Source: Camelus dromedarius (Eukaryota). Taken from it: a DNA stretch of 64,000 nt. The DNA lies in assembly GCF_036321535.1 (NCBI RefSeq), contig NC_087436.1, forward strand, positions 46,812,001-46,876,000, written 5' to 3'. Below the pieces are notes generated by a model. The model did not search any database and was not told where the DNA came from. It saw only the letters and a program-made list of their open reading frames with translations. A program made the position numbers and the translations under genes. How positions within the stretch are numbered: position 1 is the first letter of the stretch; every line of letters begins with the position of its first letter. Positions 24,563 through 38,031 of this stretch are shown one piece after another.

Positions 24563-24697
24563 TGACTCAGTCATTCAACAAAATATTCATTTTTGACTAC
24601 CCTGGCTGGGGAACCATGCTAAGTTCTAGAGAAAGAGCGGTAAGTAAAACATAGACAGTACCTGCCCCATGGAGTTTATAAACCTAGTAGGAGACTG
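24563..24697 (-). mobile_element. L2 3' end
   Basis: 'tcattcaacaaaatatt...ccatgctaagttctagaga...cctgccccatggagtttat'. Confidence 0.75.
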
Positions 24698-24994
24698 TGC
24701 ATTGATTGCCCACCTCACCCACTAGGTCTAGTCGCTTGGTTGACACTCTTGTAAATTAAACATCCACGGGGTACCGAGTATCACACAAGGATACAGACTG
24801 CTCTGTTGTTGAGGCACTTAGTAACAAACCTGGCTAAATCTGAAAGCGGCGAAACTTCCTGCCTTTGGGTCCACTGCCTCGCTGGCAGAGGGCACCATTG
24901 TGCCCTTGACCAGAAAGAGTAGCCACAGCCCAGGGGGTGATCTCTAGGGATGGGACAGGCCAGAGGAGGCTTCTTAGCTGCTTATGAGCTGTGG

Positions 24995-25180
24995 AGCACT
25001 CTAAGTGGGCCCAGACTGTGCTTTGCACAATGACCCTGTCAAGTAGATTTTGTTATTTCTGCTTTATGGAGAAGCTGAAATTCAGGGAAGGAAAATTACT
25101 AGTTCAAGGTCAAGAGCTAATGTCAGGCCCAAGCTCAGATCTGTTGACTTCAAAGTTCTTGCTTTTCTCCCCTATGACAC
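24995..25180 (-). mobile_element. MIR SINE
   Basis: 'tttatggagaagctgaaattcagggaaggaaaattactagttcaaggtcaagagcta'. Confidence 0.6.
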
Positions 25181-25379
25181 ACTATCTCTCAAACCACAGA
25201 AATTAAGATCCACAATTCAATAACTTAAAACTAAAAATCTGCCAAACTCATCATTTGTGCAATAGAGGAGATGAATTTTCATAAAGAAGCTGTTTGATTG
25301 TTAGATCCGTAAGGCTAGAGTCCCTTCCCTGCTCCTTTTCTTATCTGGGGATCTTTAACTACATATACGTATATATATT

Positions 25380-25407
25380 TGTGTGTGTGTGTGTGTGTGT
25401 GTGTGTG
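25380..25407. repeat. (TG)14 microsatellite
   Basis: Directly visible. Confidence 0.95.
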
Positions 25408-28400
25408 GCTACATCAGTTTCAAAAGATATATTTCACATCTGGATCTACTCTTTCACTGTTGCCCCAGTCTAGACCACAACAAAAAGACCCACACAAAAA
25501 CATGAGTAAAAGGGAAATGCTGCAGGAGCATTCACATGGGAATTGTTATTTAGAAATCATGTCCCTGAGGCTTGTTTGGCCTCCGAACCAATTTATCCCC
25601 AATTCTCGAGACAATGTAGTAGTTTGTCATATCCTGAAGGGGAACCAGAAAACTAAAAACTCTACTTCAAAGCACAGAAACTCCTTACTAACTTGAAAGA
25701 AATGATCAAGCAATTTATGAAAATGAGTCAAACTTATTTAAAAAATAAACATAATTGGAGGCCTATTGAATGAAGCAAAAGAAATAATTTTTTTTTAAAG
25801 CAGATTGTTTGGGAAGGAAATCAGGCTTTTCTAAGAAACCCTATGCCTGTTGAATGTGGTCAGGTGGTTGCAACATAGACTTGACAATGAAGAATTCATG
25901 ACCCCGTTCTCCAAATCATGAATGTCAGATGGACCATAAGCTTCTAGAAGAGTCATTTATTAACTGTGCTGTTGTTGGCTATCTATAGCATCGGCATGAC
26001 TATTACAATATGATTTTTAAGCTATTGATTCTCATAAGATTATAGAATTTATAGCACAAACAGAATTATCCTGCCATGATATGGTCTGGCTGGTAAAAGG
26101 GCACAGTGTGGTGACAACAGTGACCAGGGACACCAATGGAAAGGAGGTGTGTGTTTACATTTATTTATATGGAACTCATCACTAATGGGCACATAACTCA
26201 GACAACTAGGATGATGCAAGGTCAAGTTTTGGAAGGAGCTAGGGAGAGAGGTGTGGGAAAGAGATGGGTATTATGTAGAGTCTGAGCTGTGAGCTGAGCT
26301 GCAGGAGAAACACAAAACCTGTGTTGGAAAGATGAGCTGGCTATGAAAGGGGAGCAGTGAGGAGAGGGTGGAGACCAAGATTAACTCGAGTAGGAGTGGT
26401 TGATGCAAGGGTTTGGGAAAAGATTCTTTTTCTCCATACTAATAACTCTGCATTATTACTGATTTAAAAGTATCCACTAGATTTACTAGAGTCAGGACTG
26501 AGCATGACTCTGACATACTCTTTTTTAAACTAAGGGCCTCCCACTCATGGCTTGTTAATCTAATACCAGTGACTGAGTCTCCAGCAGGGGCCGCAACCCA
26601 GAACCCTTCCCTGCAAGGGACAGCATAGGAAGCAGCCATTATCGATAACGTTTCCCAGAAATACTTAGAACTTTGTGAAGTATAGACAGACAGACCCACC
26701 AGGAGCTGGGGAAAGACAGCCTAGCTAGAGTAGGAGCAAATATGTGACACTTCAGCTGAGTTACTATCCCAATGAAGCAACTGTCATGGCCAGTAAGAAA
26801 CTCAAATGAGTGTGTTCTGTGACGATCTGTGAGTTTGCTTGGTGATGGCCTGATTAAGTGCATTTACTGATTCAGTGCCCTGGCATGATTATTAATAATC
26901 TTCAGCTACTATAGACCTCTCTGAGTGCTCTGGGAATTGCCATTTGTGTGGATCCTTGAATGAACGAAGAGGATTCTGGACGTGAAAAGGATATCACAGT
27001 CAAAGGGAAACATTTGGATGGCCAAAATAGGTCATGTTAAAACTGCTTACCCAGCTGTCCAAGCTCTTCTTGGAATTCTAGGTCATTCCCTCTCTCCGTC
27101 TCATGTCTTGTGATCTAAACAGCTCTCAGGGGTCCTTTGGTCAAGCATGCCGGCCCTACTTCCTCCTTTTGCTTGGCTGGCAACTCTCACATAGACTTCA
27201 ATGGCAAAAAGCTGTCAACAGTTCATAAAAGGATCAAACACCTTAAGATGTTGTATACAAGTCCCAGTGATGTTTTCAAATACACTTCCTTTCCTAGTTC
27301 CTCACAGATAACCTTTCGGCATGCAGTGAAGTAATCTGGAGGCCGGATAGCCAGTCCCGATTTGGGGAAAATTTTTCCACCCACTGGTTGTCATCATACA
27401 TGGTTTGGTTGGAGAGACATTTCATGAATGGAAACTTGTAATATTCCTGTTAGCAACCTTCCTCTTCCTAGGGAACAGAGGTCAAGGAAGGGTCTTTCAC
27501 AGGCGGCCAGTTGTAAAGGCCTGGGCTTACTTTCATGTCTGCCATCACAGTTCTTAACCATTCCTCCTCAAAGAGAAGCAAAAGAAAACCCAGCTTTCCA
27601 TGATGCCTGTTCTTTTCATGCCAGCCTAGTTCCTCGCAAAAAGAGTTTCAAAATGAAGTAAAGGTTGCAGGGTTTTGGTTTTTATTTTCCCTAAATTTCT
27701 AATTCTGAGGCTAAATACTGGTCAAGTGTTTAAAGAGGACTTAGAAGATAAAGAGCAAGAAGAATATTCTGCTGGCGTCCCACCCGTGGGGTTTCTAGTG
27801 GGGGTTCTTGCTTTCTGGGGCAGGAGGCGGTGAATGGAGGAACTGATCAGGGAAAGATGAGACTGAGAATCACAATCTCTGGTCAGACTATGAGAAACTT
27901 TTTCTAAGGCCTCTTCTGAGACCCTGAAGCTTGTCTTCACTGGGGTTCCTCTCATGAACCATAAAATAGAAAATGATGTGTGTGACTCTATTCTCAGTTC
28001 TCCCAAGGATGGCAGCGAGATAGTGTCATTCTGGACGGTACATAGCAGTTAGTTCAGTGTATGCAATGGATACATTACAGCAATCAGGGCCTAATTCTAC
28101 CTCTGAACTGGCTGATGGAGGTTGTTAGAGAAACTCCAGACCTAATGGCCTGGAGTCTGAAGAGTTCGATAAAAATTGCCTTTTCAGGAAGCACAGATGA
28201 TTAACGTGCTTTAAAAATAAATGCACATACTTGAAATTTGACTTTCAGAGAGTCACAAAGTTTAAGGAAATTTTTTTTCAGATGAATCCAAGAAAAGCTC
28301 CAAAAGTCTTATAAAGCTTTAGGTGGGAGGGTCACAGTACAAGGAAGCAGAATCTCTCCACTTTGGATTCAAATGACCAAAATGAGCACATTTCCTAAGT

Positions 28401-28499
28401 ATTAACTCTATAGCATTTCGTTAATTTCTTATTCTTCCCCAAAATGGACATTTGGTTGGGCACTATGTGGATGAGGGGCATTAGGGACCTAAGAAATGT

Positions 28500-28930
28500 T
28501 TTAGCTGTAAGTTAGACACTGTTGTTGAGGTGCCCACAGTCAACGCAGGAAGGAAAGGCACACAAGACAGGCCTGGGAGTGAGAGACAGGGATGGATGTG
28601 CGAGACAGTGAAGAAACAGAATCTCTATGAGTTGGTAATCAGCTGTATTTGTAGATTGAAGGAAGGGCCTAATTCAGGTGGTTGGCTTTTGCAGGACTTA
28701 AGAGGGAAAAACACAAGGTAGGGTTGACTTGTGGCTGTGCTTGTTGTGGTTGTTACTGTCACGTGGGTGGGGGTGAGATGGTGATGACCAGCCTAGTGTT
28801 GGAAGAATCTGAGGCTCCAGTAAGGCACCCGAGTGAAGGTACCCAGTGAACACTGGGCACAGGGCTGGGTTTCAGGAGAGAGACCTCATCCGGAGATGCA
28901 GATCTGAGGGAAGTTGTGTGTTCAGCTCAT
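28500..28930 (-). mobile_element. L2 fragment
   Basis: Degenerate antisense L2: 'tgaggctccagtaaggcacccgagtgaaggtacccagtg...tcaggagagagacc...ggagatgcagatctg'. Confidence 0.55.
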
Positions 28931-29532
28931 TCATGGAGGATGTGTTCACCGAGGAGAGGAAAGGTCTTCATTTTTTGATAGCTTGAGAAGCAAAGCTGTA
29001 TTTTTGGTAGCAGCACTTGTCCTGCACTAAAGAGAATATAAATGCAGCCATCATAGGAATTCTTGCCCTTGACTCTGACCCAAGGAAACCTTTGTAGGCT
29101 TGCTGCTTTAGGGACCAAATCCAACAGCTTTGACACTGTTTTCTTGGACACAACTCCTTTTTCTCCCTTCAAATACTATAATTCTCTAGTTTTCCCTAAG
29201 CACTTGACTTCCCTGAGAGAGACCAAAAAAACCATCTGTGCATCAATATGTTCTCTTTGCAAATCCATTTGATTATGCTGCCCATTGCAGGAGGTGATTC
29301 AATAGGAATATCAACTAATAGATTTTAATATAAATTAGCATCCAAATAGCCAAAGTTTTGCCAGAGCCCTAACTGTTAAAAATATCTGCTTCAATGCTTA
29401 TGACAAAAGAGACAACTATGATGATATGACATTTTAAACACTGACCTCTGTCTATAAACCACTGCATAAAAAATCATGCACGACAAATGCTGAAATACTG
29501 CATTTATTGAAAACAGTCAAGAAAACAATGTA

Positions 29533-29641
29533 TAGTAACCTGTAATGAAAAAGAGTATGTATATGTGTATAACTGAATCGCTATGCTGTACACCAGGAAC
29601 TAACACAATACTATAAATAAACTATACTTAAATTAAAAAAA
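29533..29641 (+). mobile_element. 5'-truncated lineage-specific L1 3' end with poly(A) and TSD
   Basis: 'tgtataactgaatcgctatgctgtacaccaggaactaacac...ctatacttaaattaaaaaa'. TSD aagaaaacaatgta (29519-29532) / aagaaaagaatgta (29642-29655). Confidence 0.9.
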
Positions 29642-29944
29642 AAGAAAAGAATGTAATGTGAAAAGCAAATTAGCACAGAGGAAAAATGAGAGGTCACAAA
29701 ATAGTTACTTTTAAGTAAATGAACGAAGAAGTTATTAGTGATAATATTCAAAATTATATGTAATAATTTATTAATACAGGAAAATCAGTGACTCATATAG
29801 ATTAAAATAGCAATTATTTCTAAATGAGGCAAAATAGTCAACTTCAGTGTCTTCATAAGCATACTGCACCTCAGAAAGGGTTCCCTGCTGCCGAGGTGGA
29901 AGCTGGTATTGCACTGTATATGGCAGAAGAGAGGAAGCAGAGTT

Positions 29945-30172
29945 TGTGAGAAGTCACATAGTTGGTGGTTAAGAAGTTGGGCTCTGGAGTCAGACTGGCT
30001 GGATTCAGATCCCTGCCCCACAGTGTGATCTTGGGCAAATTACTCAACTTCCCCACATCTCTATTTGCTCATCTGTAATGTGGGGATAACATTAGAACTT
30101 TTGGTTAGGGCCAGTATAAGAAACAAATGAGAAAACATGGAGTCTGGGCTGTAGCCAATGGTCAGTAAATAT
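29945..30172 (+). mobile_element. MIR SINE
   Basis: 'gtggttaagaagttgggctctggagtcagactgg...tgtgatcttgggcaaattactcaac...catctgtaatgtggggataac'. Confidence 0.9.
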
Positions 30173-31184
30173 TATGGGGCCACGGTAGTGGTCATGTTGA
30201 CTGAGAGGCGTTTTGAATTGAGACGTGACTCAAAACCACACCTTATTAAAACAGGACGTTAAGCAACATTATTAAGTACATGATTTTAATAATACGATAC
30301 AGATGGAGAGTCAGAGCTGCTGCATATGGCCGCACAGTCTGTGCGCTGCACAGTTCCCTGGGCTCTGTTCAGGGAGAGGGTGACACACACAGATCCTGCT
30401 GGATTCATGCTGGCTCTAGCCAGAAATTAACCCACTGGGACAAGGACTTCCCCTTTCTTCCCTCCTTGAATCGAAAGAGCGGTTGCCTTTTTTCCCCTAC
30501 TGAATCTCAGAACTCCTAAGCCTATACACAGGTCTTCCTTTCGGCTACTTTACCTAAAGCATGGATCCCAAATACATGCTTCCACAACGGAGCTCGTGAG
30601 AGTCAGAACAGAGAAGAGGGCTCACCTAAAGGTATTCACATTCAAGTCACCTTGAAACACTGCATAGCCCAGATGAAACATCGGGATGGCTTAGCGCGCT
30701 AACCTCTCGTGTGGCCTTGCTGGCGGCATTTCATCTCAGTTTTCTTACTGTAGCAAAATGAAAGATGGGACTGTTCTTTGACTGTGACTCAAGAATGATC
30801 ATCACAGAGACTGAAGGACTCACCTCCTGTTCAGGCTTCTCTGTCTCTCTCCAGAGTCACACTGAAGATGCTGATCTGAAGAAGAGCAGCCTCTGCTCTC
30901 CCAGGAGTAGCTCACCTCCCTCTTCCAGCTGCTGTCTTTCATGGTCTCCTATTTATTTGAGTATAACTTTAAAAATGATTTAAATAATATCTGTTTGTTA
31001 TAAAAGACAGCATTTGAGAAATACAGAAAAGCAGAAAGGAGAAGCCACATTTCTGAGGGTACACACGCACACACTTGGCTTTCCTCTGGTGAACACTCAT
31101 GTATCAGTTATAGGAAATTGGGATCAATCTGGACAGGCTGTTTTATAATATGTCCTATGTGGTTAATATTTTTCTTCAATATGT

Positions 31185-32945
31185 TTTTAAATTTAAATAA
31201 ATGTTTCAGTTTGGAATCATTTACAGAGAAGTTGCAAAGATTATTAAAATATTTCCATATACTCTTCACCCATGTCCTCCCTTGCTGACATCTTAACATG
31301 ACTAGGGTACCTTTGTCACAACTAATCAAACACACTGATACATTGTCATTGACTAAAATCCATACTTTATTCAGATTTCGCTTAATTTTCCCTAATATCC
31401 TTTTTCTGCTCAGGACTCCCTTTAGGAAGCCACATTACATTTAGTTTTCCTGTTTCCTTGTTCTCCTCTTGGTTGTGACAATTTCTCAGACTTTTCTTGT
31501 TTTTTGTTTTTTGTTTTTCATGGCCTTGACATGAAAGGAGCTGTGGTCAGGTATTTTGTAGAATGCCCAAGAACTTAGACTTGTCTGAGTTTTTTTCCAT
31601 GGTCAGGCTAGGATTGTGGGTTTTGAGGAGGAAGACCATGGAGGTGAAGTTTTATTTTCCTCACATCATATCAGGAGTACATACTTCGACAGGACTCATC
31701 ACTGATAATGGTAACTTTGATCACCTGGCTGAAGTAGTGTTTGCCAGGTTTCTTTACTGTCAGGTTACTTTTCCCCTCTTTTCATACTCTTCTCTTCGGA
31801 AGCAAGTCACAAAGCACAGCTCACTCAGGAGGTACAGGGTCAAGCTCCACCACCTTGAGGGAGGAGAATCTATGCAAATTATTGGGAATTCTTCTGCGTG
31901 GGAGATTTGTCTCTTCTTCATTTATTTGTTTTTCCATCACTTATTTATATCAGGATGGATCCAAGGCTACCTATTTTAAACTTTGAGTTATAATCCAGCA
32001 CTGCATTATTTATTTTATTGCTCAGATTATTAAAGTTTTGGCCATCCGTATCTCTTTGATGTGCCCCAATCCTTTGGTTTTTTGAGTAGTTTTTTTACTT
32101 CATGGCACTGAAAAAATGTTCCAGGATCATTTCGTATATTTCCTGTCCAAGCTGTGGAATCAGTCATTTCTCCTGGGACCTCTGGTTCCTTTTTTTTTTT
32201 TTTTTTGAGAATTGTATCGGAAACCAAGATCTGAGTGACAGGTGTGTTCATTGCTACTGTGATGCCATTGCTTCTAGACCCCTGCAGTGGAAGGAGCTGG
32301 GAGCTATATGTATGTGTACTGACCCATGTATATGCACAACGATAATTATTCCTGTACTTATTCATCTGTACTTGCATTGAGCTAAACATCAGTTCTCATG
32401 AATGTCTCCAACTCTAAACCATTACTATAAGGTTTATTCTAGCCTTTCCCTTTTGCTTATCTCTTACCTCTCTCTCCAACCGTAAGAAACTTGGCTTCTA
32501 ATACCTGGTATCTGTTTATTTGTTCAACTCCAGTAAACATGTACAGCAGTTTCAAAACTGTTAAACCAAACCACAGGAGAAGCAACTTTACCAACTAGAA
32601 TACAGCGCTTATACTCAGTTCCTTAAGTTTTTTGACTTAACAGTTTCCAGTTAAAACACTGTTTTCCAAAGTTACTTAGGTCAACAGCTTTTTCTCTATT
32701 CCCACTTCAGCAAGGTTACCACATGTGTCTGTGATACAGTTATATTATTTTGTCAGAGGCTACATTCTATCTTGAGATCTCTTGACCTCTTCTTAATGTT
32801 TAAAATTTGCATATATTAATGTTCACTATGTACTGTGAAGTTTTCTGGGTTTTGACAAAGCATAGAGATCGATAGATAGATAGACCACCACAGTACTATG
32901 AAGATTAGTTTTAATTATTCCCCCAAATTCCTAGCACTTCCCTGA
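31185..32945 (-). mobile_element. L1MC3-like 3' end, ~1.75 kb
   Basis: 'tttacagagaagttgcaaaga...ggtcaggtattttgtagaatg...gaggaagaccatggaggtgaag...tttgatcacctggctgaagtagtgtttgccaggtttct'. Confidence 0.9.
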
Positions 32946-32949
32946 GTAG

Positions 32950-33190
32950 AACACTGTCTCCTGGTGTGTAGATAGTCACCTTCGCTCTGTATCTTCACAT
33001 CCTAGGGGCAGAGGGAGCTTAGGTCTCTTGTTCTTCCTATAAGGGCACTAATATCATCATAGGGGTCCCACCCTCATGACCTCATCTAATCTACTTACTT
33101 CTCTAAGGCCCCACCTCCAAATACCATCACACTGGAGTTTGGGGCTTTAACATATGAACTGTGGAGGGGGAGCACACTCAGTCTATAATG
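32950..33190 (-). mobile_element. MaLR LTR MLT1A-like (partial)
   Basis: 'tataagggcactaat...ccaccctcatgacctcatctaatc...aggccccacctccaaataccatcacactgg'. Confidence 0.85.
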
Positions 33191-33304
33191 AGGATACAAT
33201 ATTAGCAACAGTAATATTAACCTTTAAGGACTAAGCTTAAGAAGCAATTTAGAGTAGTTTTCACTCCTTGAGAATAGTAAAATGGAGAGAATGAAATTAT
33301 ATTT

Positions 33305-33470
33305 AAGGTTTATTGAACACTTACTCTGTGCCAAATGCTTTTAGTTGTACTTTATCAATTAATTCTCATCCAAAAAAGCCCTATATAGTAGGCACTTTCC
33401 TTATTTTAAAGATGAAGAAATGGAGACTCAGGTTAAACAACTTGCCCAAAGTTGTAGAGCTTGGAAAAGG
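33305..33470 (-). mobile_element. MIR SINE
   Basis: 'ttattgaacacttactctgtgcca...agatgaagaaatggagactcaggttaaacaacttgcccaaag'. Confidence 0.85.
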
Positions 33471-34199
33471 TCTGAACCTCCACAAAACCATTGTGAGGAA
33501 GGCTGTTGAAATCCTCGAGTTTTCAAGGTAAAAGGGACCTTAAACACCTTCAGTGTCCTTATTGTGAGAACGTGGAAACTAAAACCAGCGTAGCTCAGTC
33601 ATTCAGCTGTTTATTGCAGAACCAGAACCAGAACTCGGGTTGTTGACTTTTAGTCCAGTGCAGCCTCTACAGTTCTACAGGTGCTCCTGGGTGGGACTGA
33701 ATGGACAGACCTCAGTGGAGAGTGAGATTTGCCTGCTGATGATTCCTGGCTCCGTGTACCTGCCTATATCCTAAGGACAGACCAGCAGCAAACAACATAT
33801 AATGTGTTCTAGCCAGCCCCCTTCCTGGGAGCCAGCTTCAATCTGAGGCTGCCACCCGTGAGTCTCCCTTCCCTGAGATCTCCTACTGTGGCTTCTGTCC
33901 CCTGCAGGGCCTCTGAGCAGGAGGTTCAAGGAAAAGAGGAGGGTGGGCAGGAAAGGTGAGGTAGGTGAACAAGACAGAAAACACCCCACCGAGGGAGGAT
34001 GTCTATGACTATCTCAGAGACAAAGGAAATTAAAAACATATTCTGAGCATGGATGACAACGTAGAAGTTAATTTGAGGCCTACTGAAAGGACTGCATTTA
34101 TTTCGGTATTAATAGTCTGGCATCTTTTAAAAAAAGATCCTTATTAGTTGACAGTCACACATTATATTCAATCCTTTATAATGTCAAATAAAAGGGAAA

Positions 34200-34410
34200 T
34201 AATAACACCTTGTGTTTATATATTACTTTACAGCTTACTAAACACTTTTACAACCATGATCTCTTTGACTCCTTACAATAAAGTTGTGAAGTAGCCAAAG
34301 AAGGTTATTATTAGTCCCATTTTACAGATGGGGAAACTGAGGTTCAGAGAGAATAAATGAATGTGCTCCAGACCTCCCAGCTAGGAAGGAGGGGTCAAGA
34401 CTGGAATCCA
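34200..34410 (-). mobile_element. MIR SINE
   Basis: 'attattagtcccattttacagatggggaaactgaggttcagagag'. Confidence 0.85.
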
Positions 34411-34879
34411 CAGTCGGGGACAGAGTAGTGCTCTGAGAATGACGACTGATTGCTGAGGTACTAAGCGTGGCCAAGAGTAGAAATTTTTTTCTGTTTCATG
34501 GATTCAGGATTCAAATCGAGTCTCAAGTTTGGGTACTGAAAGAGACTTTGAAGGCATATTGATATGTTGTGACAACATGCGGAGCGATCAGGAGGTGACA
34601 CTGCTCTACAAATAGGGAATGAGTTGTGCAGCTTCAGGACAGATATAATTGTGTGACATCATTGCTGTAAAAGGGAGGCAGGGAGTGCTAATGAAACGGA
34701 AGTCCAAGAGCCTTAGAATGGTCACGGACGGCCAAATAACATAAACCCTGCTTTTTCCTACTCAGGAAAAAAAGAAAAAAAAAAAAAAAGGAAAAAAGGA
34801 AAGAAAAATGGAAATGAAAAAATGGCAAAACAGAAAGACGTTTCTGGAACTCTTTCCAAAAAAATAACCAAGTATTTCT

Positions 34880-35560
34880 AATGTGCTCACAAGACACACA
34901 AATAATTTCAGAAGAACTAAGTACACACATACTTCTAAGCTAAGCTATTGGTGAATATTTACATAATTTTGGAGTATAGGGAAGTTTTCTGAGCATAATA
35001 CCAAGACAAAAATTATCAAGGAAAAGACTTATGGATATGATTATATAAAATTTAAACATTCCTCTCTTAAGTCAAAATGAAATGAAATGCCATAAACAAA
35101 ATTATAAGTTAAGAGCACTATTTATGTCTTCATTTAAAAAACTCTAACAAATTAATGATGGTGATAATAATAATAAAATGAATTCCTCATTTGAGACATA
35201 TGGACTTGGAACATGAACAGGAAAAGTCAAATCAGAAAAAATTTTATATATATAGCCAGGAAGCATATGACAATATGTTATACCAATCCACACCAATATA
35301 CATGTATTTTATTGCTGTGGAAAAGTGTTATATTAAGTGTATAAAAGAGGTTACTAAACCTTATGTTCAATATTGTTCTTTTTTTTAATATACATCTCAG
35401 TTCTTGAAGAACAGTCGTACTGAGACATTAACAGTGGTTACCTTTAGACAGAAGGATTTTGGATACTTTAAATGTAAAGTATCTTTTCTTTTTTCTTATT
35501 TAATTTTTAAAGTAACGAACATGAATTACTTTTGTGACAAAGAAACCAAATTGGCCATTA
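34880..35560 (+). mobile_element. Ancient L1M fragments
   Basis: 'tatataaaatttaaacatt...ccataaacaaaatta...ttaacagtggttaccttt...aacatgaattacttttgtgac' resemble the L1ME ORF2/3' region. Confidence 0.5.
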
Positions 35561-36774
35561 CACCTGTAAGCAGGGACATAATTCCTTGTTACAGCATTGT
35601 TTCTATTTAAAAATCACATTTGACTTACAGCATTTGGGTTTTCAACCCCCTCTTTCAGAAACACAATCTGACATGAAATGGGAAGACTTCGTACATTCCA
35701 CTTGAATAAATAATTTGAGTTGGCTTTTTCCCCACCTGGTGTTTTGCCCTCAGGGTAATTTGCATAGTTACCTCCTGACCTCCCAGGTATAATTACTCTA
35801 CTAGGAAAAGAAGTATCCTGATCATTACATAAATAAACAGCATTATCATAAATGGTATCTTCTGGAATTTGGGATGCTGCCTCCTCTTCTTTCGTAGCAA
35901 AATTAGACTTAGGTATATTTTGTATATGCTATACCAGAATCTTAGAACTTCTGAGGAAAGCATCCATAGGGTCAGGTGTAGATCCTAAGGCAACAGATTT
36001 CTTCCCCATTAGACCGTTCTTTCTTTAGCAGTCTTGCCCCAGATGTCCCCACACGCTCAGCCCCATTAACAGGCACAACCTGCTGGACACACCGTTGTTT
36101 AACCAGATACAGATACAGACAATGAGAAAACCATTTCCACAATCAGCCAAGGGACGTTACCAGAACCCCAATAAAAGGCAGTTTGACAAAACTTTTTTCT
36201 GTCTCTAGATGTTCCAGAAAGTGAGCTCATACTCACTGGAGAAGAGAGGTGATCTAATGTATTTCAGGAGACTTTGAAATTCTGAGAATGTTCTTTGTTT
36301 TCCCTGGCCCCTGACAGAAGGCAGTTTGGCAGAGGCACATCGTCTCAGTGAAGATAAGGCAGAAGATGGATTTTACATATCCAACTGGTTATGTTTCTCG
36401 TATCACGAGAGGAAAGAAAAATTCTCTGTAAGAAAGCATCATTACATTGTACACCATGAGCACAGGGTTGAAGTAGGAGTGGCTTTGTTCCTGCTGAATC
36501 ATATACATAGTAGAGCACTCTGTATCCTGGGGCCACTGGGCACTGCCCCTTCTCACGGCCAGATCCCATGACGGCCATCACCCCATAAATAGGAAAGGCC
36601 CTTTTCTAGGGGAAAGTGGTTTCTTTCGTTCTCCACCTCCAGATATCCCACTGAGGCTGTGTGTGCGTGCGTGTGTACATGCACATGTGCATGTGGAGGG
36701 TCTCATTTGGAACCCAGGTTGAAACATACTCTTCAGTCGGGCAGAACCTGGCGGGTAGCAGTGGAAGAAATTTC

Positions 36775-36930
36775 ATAATAATAATGATGATGCCACCTCA
36801 CGCTTTTCATCTTCAAAGCACTTTACAAAGAGTAATTAATCCCCATAATACTCATGAGGCAAGTAAGTAAACACCATTATCCCCATTTGATGGATCAAGA
36901 AACTGAGGTGAAGAAGCCAAGCAAATAGCC
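36775..36930 (-). mobile_element. MIR-family SINE (MIR3/MIR1_Amn-like)
   Basis: 'cttttcatcttcaaagcactttac...attatccccattt...gaaactgagg'. Confidence 0.7.
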
Positions 36931-38017
36931 CCAGGCCCAGAGGAGACAGCGTCAGAGCAGGGATCAGAGCGCAGAAGCTCTTGGTATCTACCTGTCCCCT
37001 CGGGCTCGCAGCCCCCAGGGCCCCCGTGAGGGAAGAGTGGCGGGGAGCCGAAGGCAGCCAGGGCGAGGCGGGCAGTGTCTCCCAGCAGGCCCGGCTCTGG
37101 CCGCATGGCCCCGGGAGATGAATGCTGCTATTCATCGTGTGGGCAGTTTGTGGGCATTCACTTCAAGATACTTGCAAAATAACAACAACAAAAACCCTAT
37201 TGAGGCTCCTTTCTCCTCGGACCACATATTTCCTGAGTTTTTCCTTGAAATCAGGGGCTGCATGGTACATACACGCCCTCAGGAAGCAGGATTATTCAGC
37301 CCACCCTACAATTCTTGGGAGGCTGCATTCAGAAATGTGACCACAGACCAGGCCGTGCGGCAGGAACCATCTCCTGCGGGGTTTCTGGCCGAGCTCCTTC
37401 ACCAGACATTTAAGAGCCATCTGGCTGGCTTCACACTGGAACACTTATCTGGCCGCCTCCTCTCTGGGGGCCCTCAACTCCCTGTGCTCGAGATGGACAC
37501 ATCTCAAGTAGCGGCAATTAGACTGAAACCTTATATTAATGCTGACGGAGGTGGGCCAGGGGAAAACATGACTGGAAATGAAATGAAAATGGCTTATCAA
37601 GGAGGCACCTCGTCTCAGGGAAGTGAAAGTTGCTGACCAAACTACCACCCCGCTCCCGACCTGAGTTTTACCCAGACCACCCTGCTAGCCTGCTGTCCCC
37701 CACCAGCCCCGAGGACGCCTCCAACACTCTCTCCAAATTTTTTCACCTGCCAAAAAAACGCTGCTACCTACTGCTCCTTCCCCTACATTTCTCCTCCCAC
37801 CACTTCAGATCGCCTTCAAGTTGCCATGACCACCCACTCACATGTGTGGCAGATCTAGAAGGTGTGGCTTTAAGCATTATCTACATGGTGGTGGTGTCAT
37901 GACTTGGCCCCTCATGAAAGCAAATGCCCTTTGAAGTGCTGAACCAAAGATAACAAATAGACCATCTCAGCTCCAGGCTCCCACTTGGGCTCCACATTTT
38001 GCCTCCTGCCTGGCAGC

Positions 38018-38031
38018 GCGCCCCCTACAGA
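38018..38031 (-). promoter_or_regulatory. Candidate CTCF site
   Basis: Minus strand TCTGTAGGGGGCGC matches the CTCF core CCAGYAGRGGGCGC with two 5' mismatches; the CpGs are retained. Confidence 0.45.

Noticed and set aside
30312..30680. MER91/hAT-Tip100-like element
   Set aside because: Only a short terminal resemblance; could not be supported without an alignment.
37037..37636. Longest ORF (199 aa)
   Set aside because: GTG start, no recognisable homology and no convincing splice framing.
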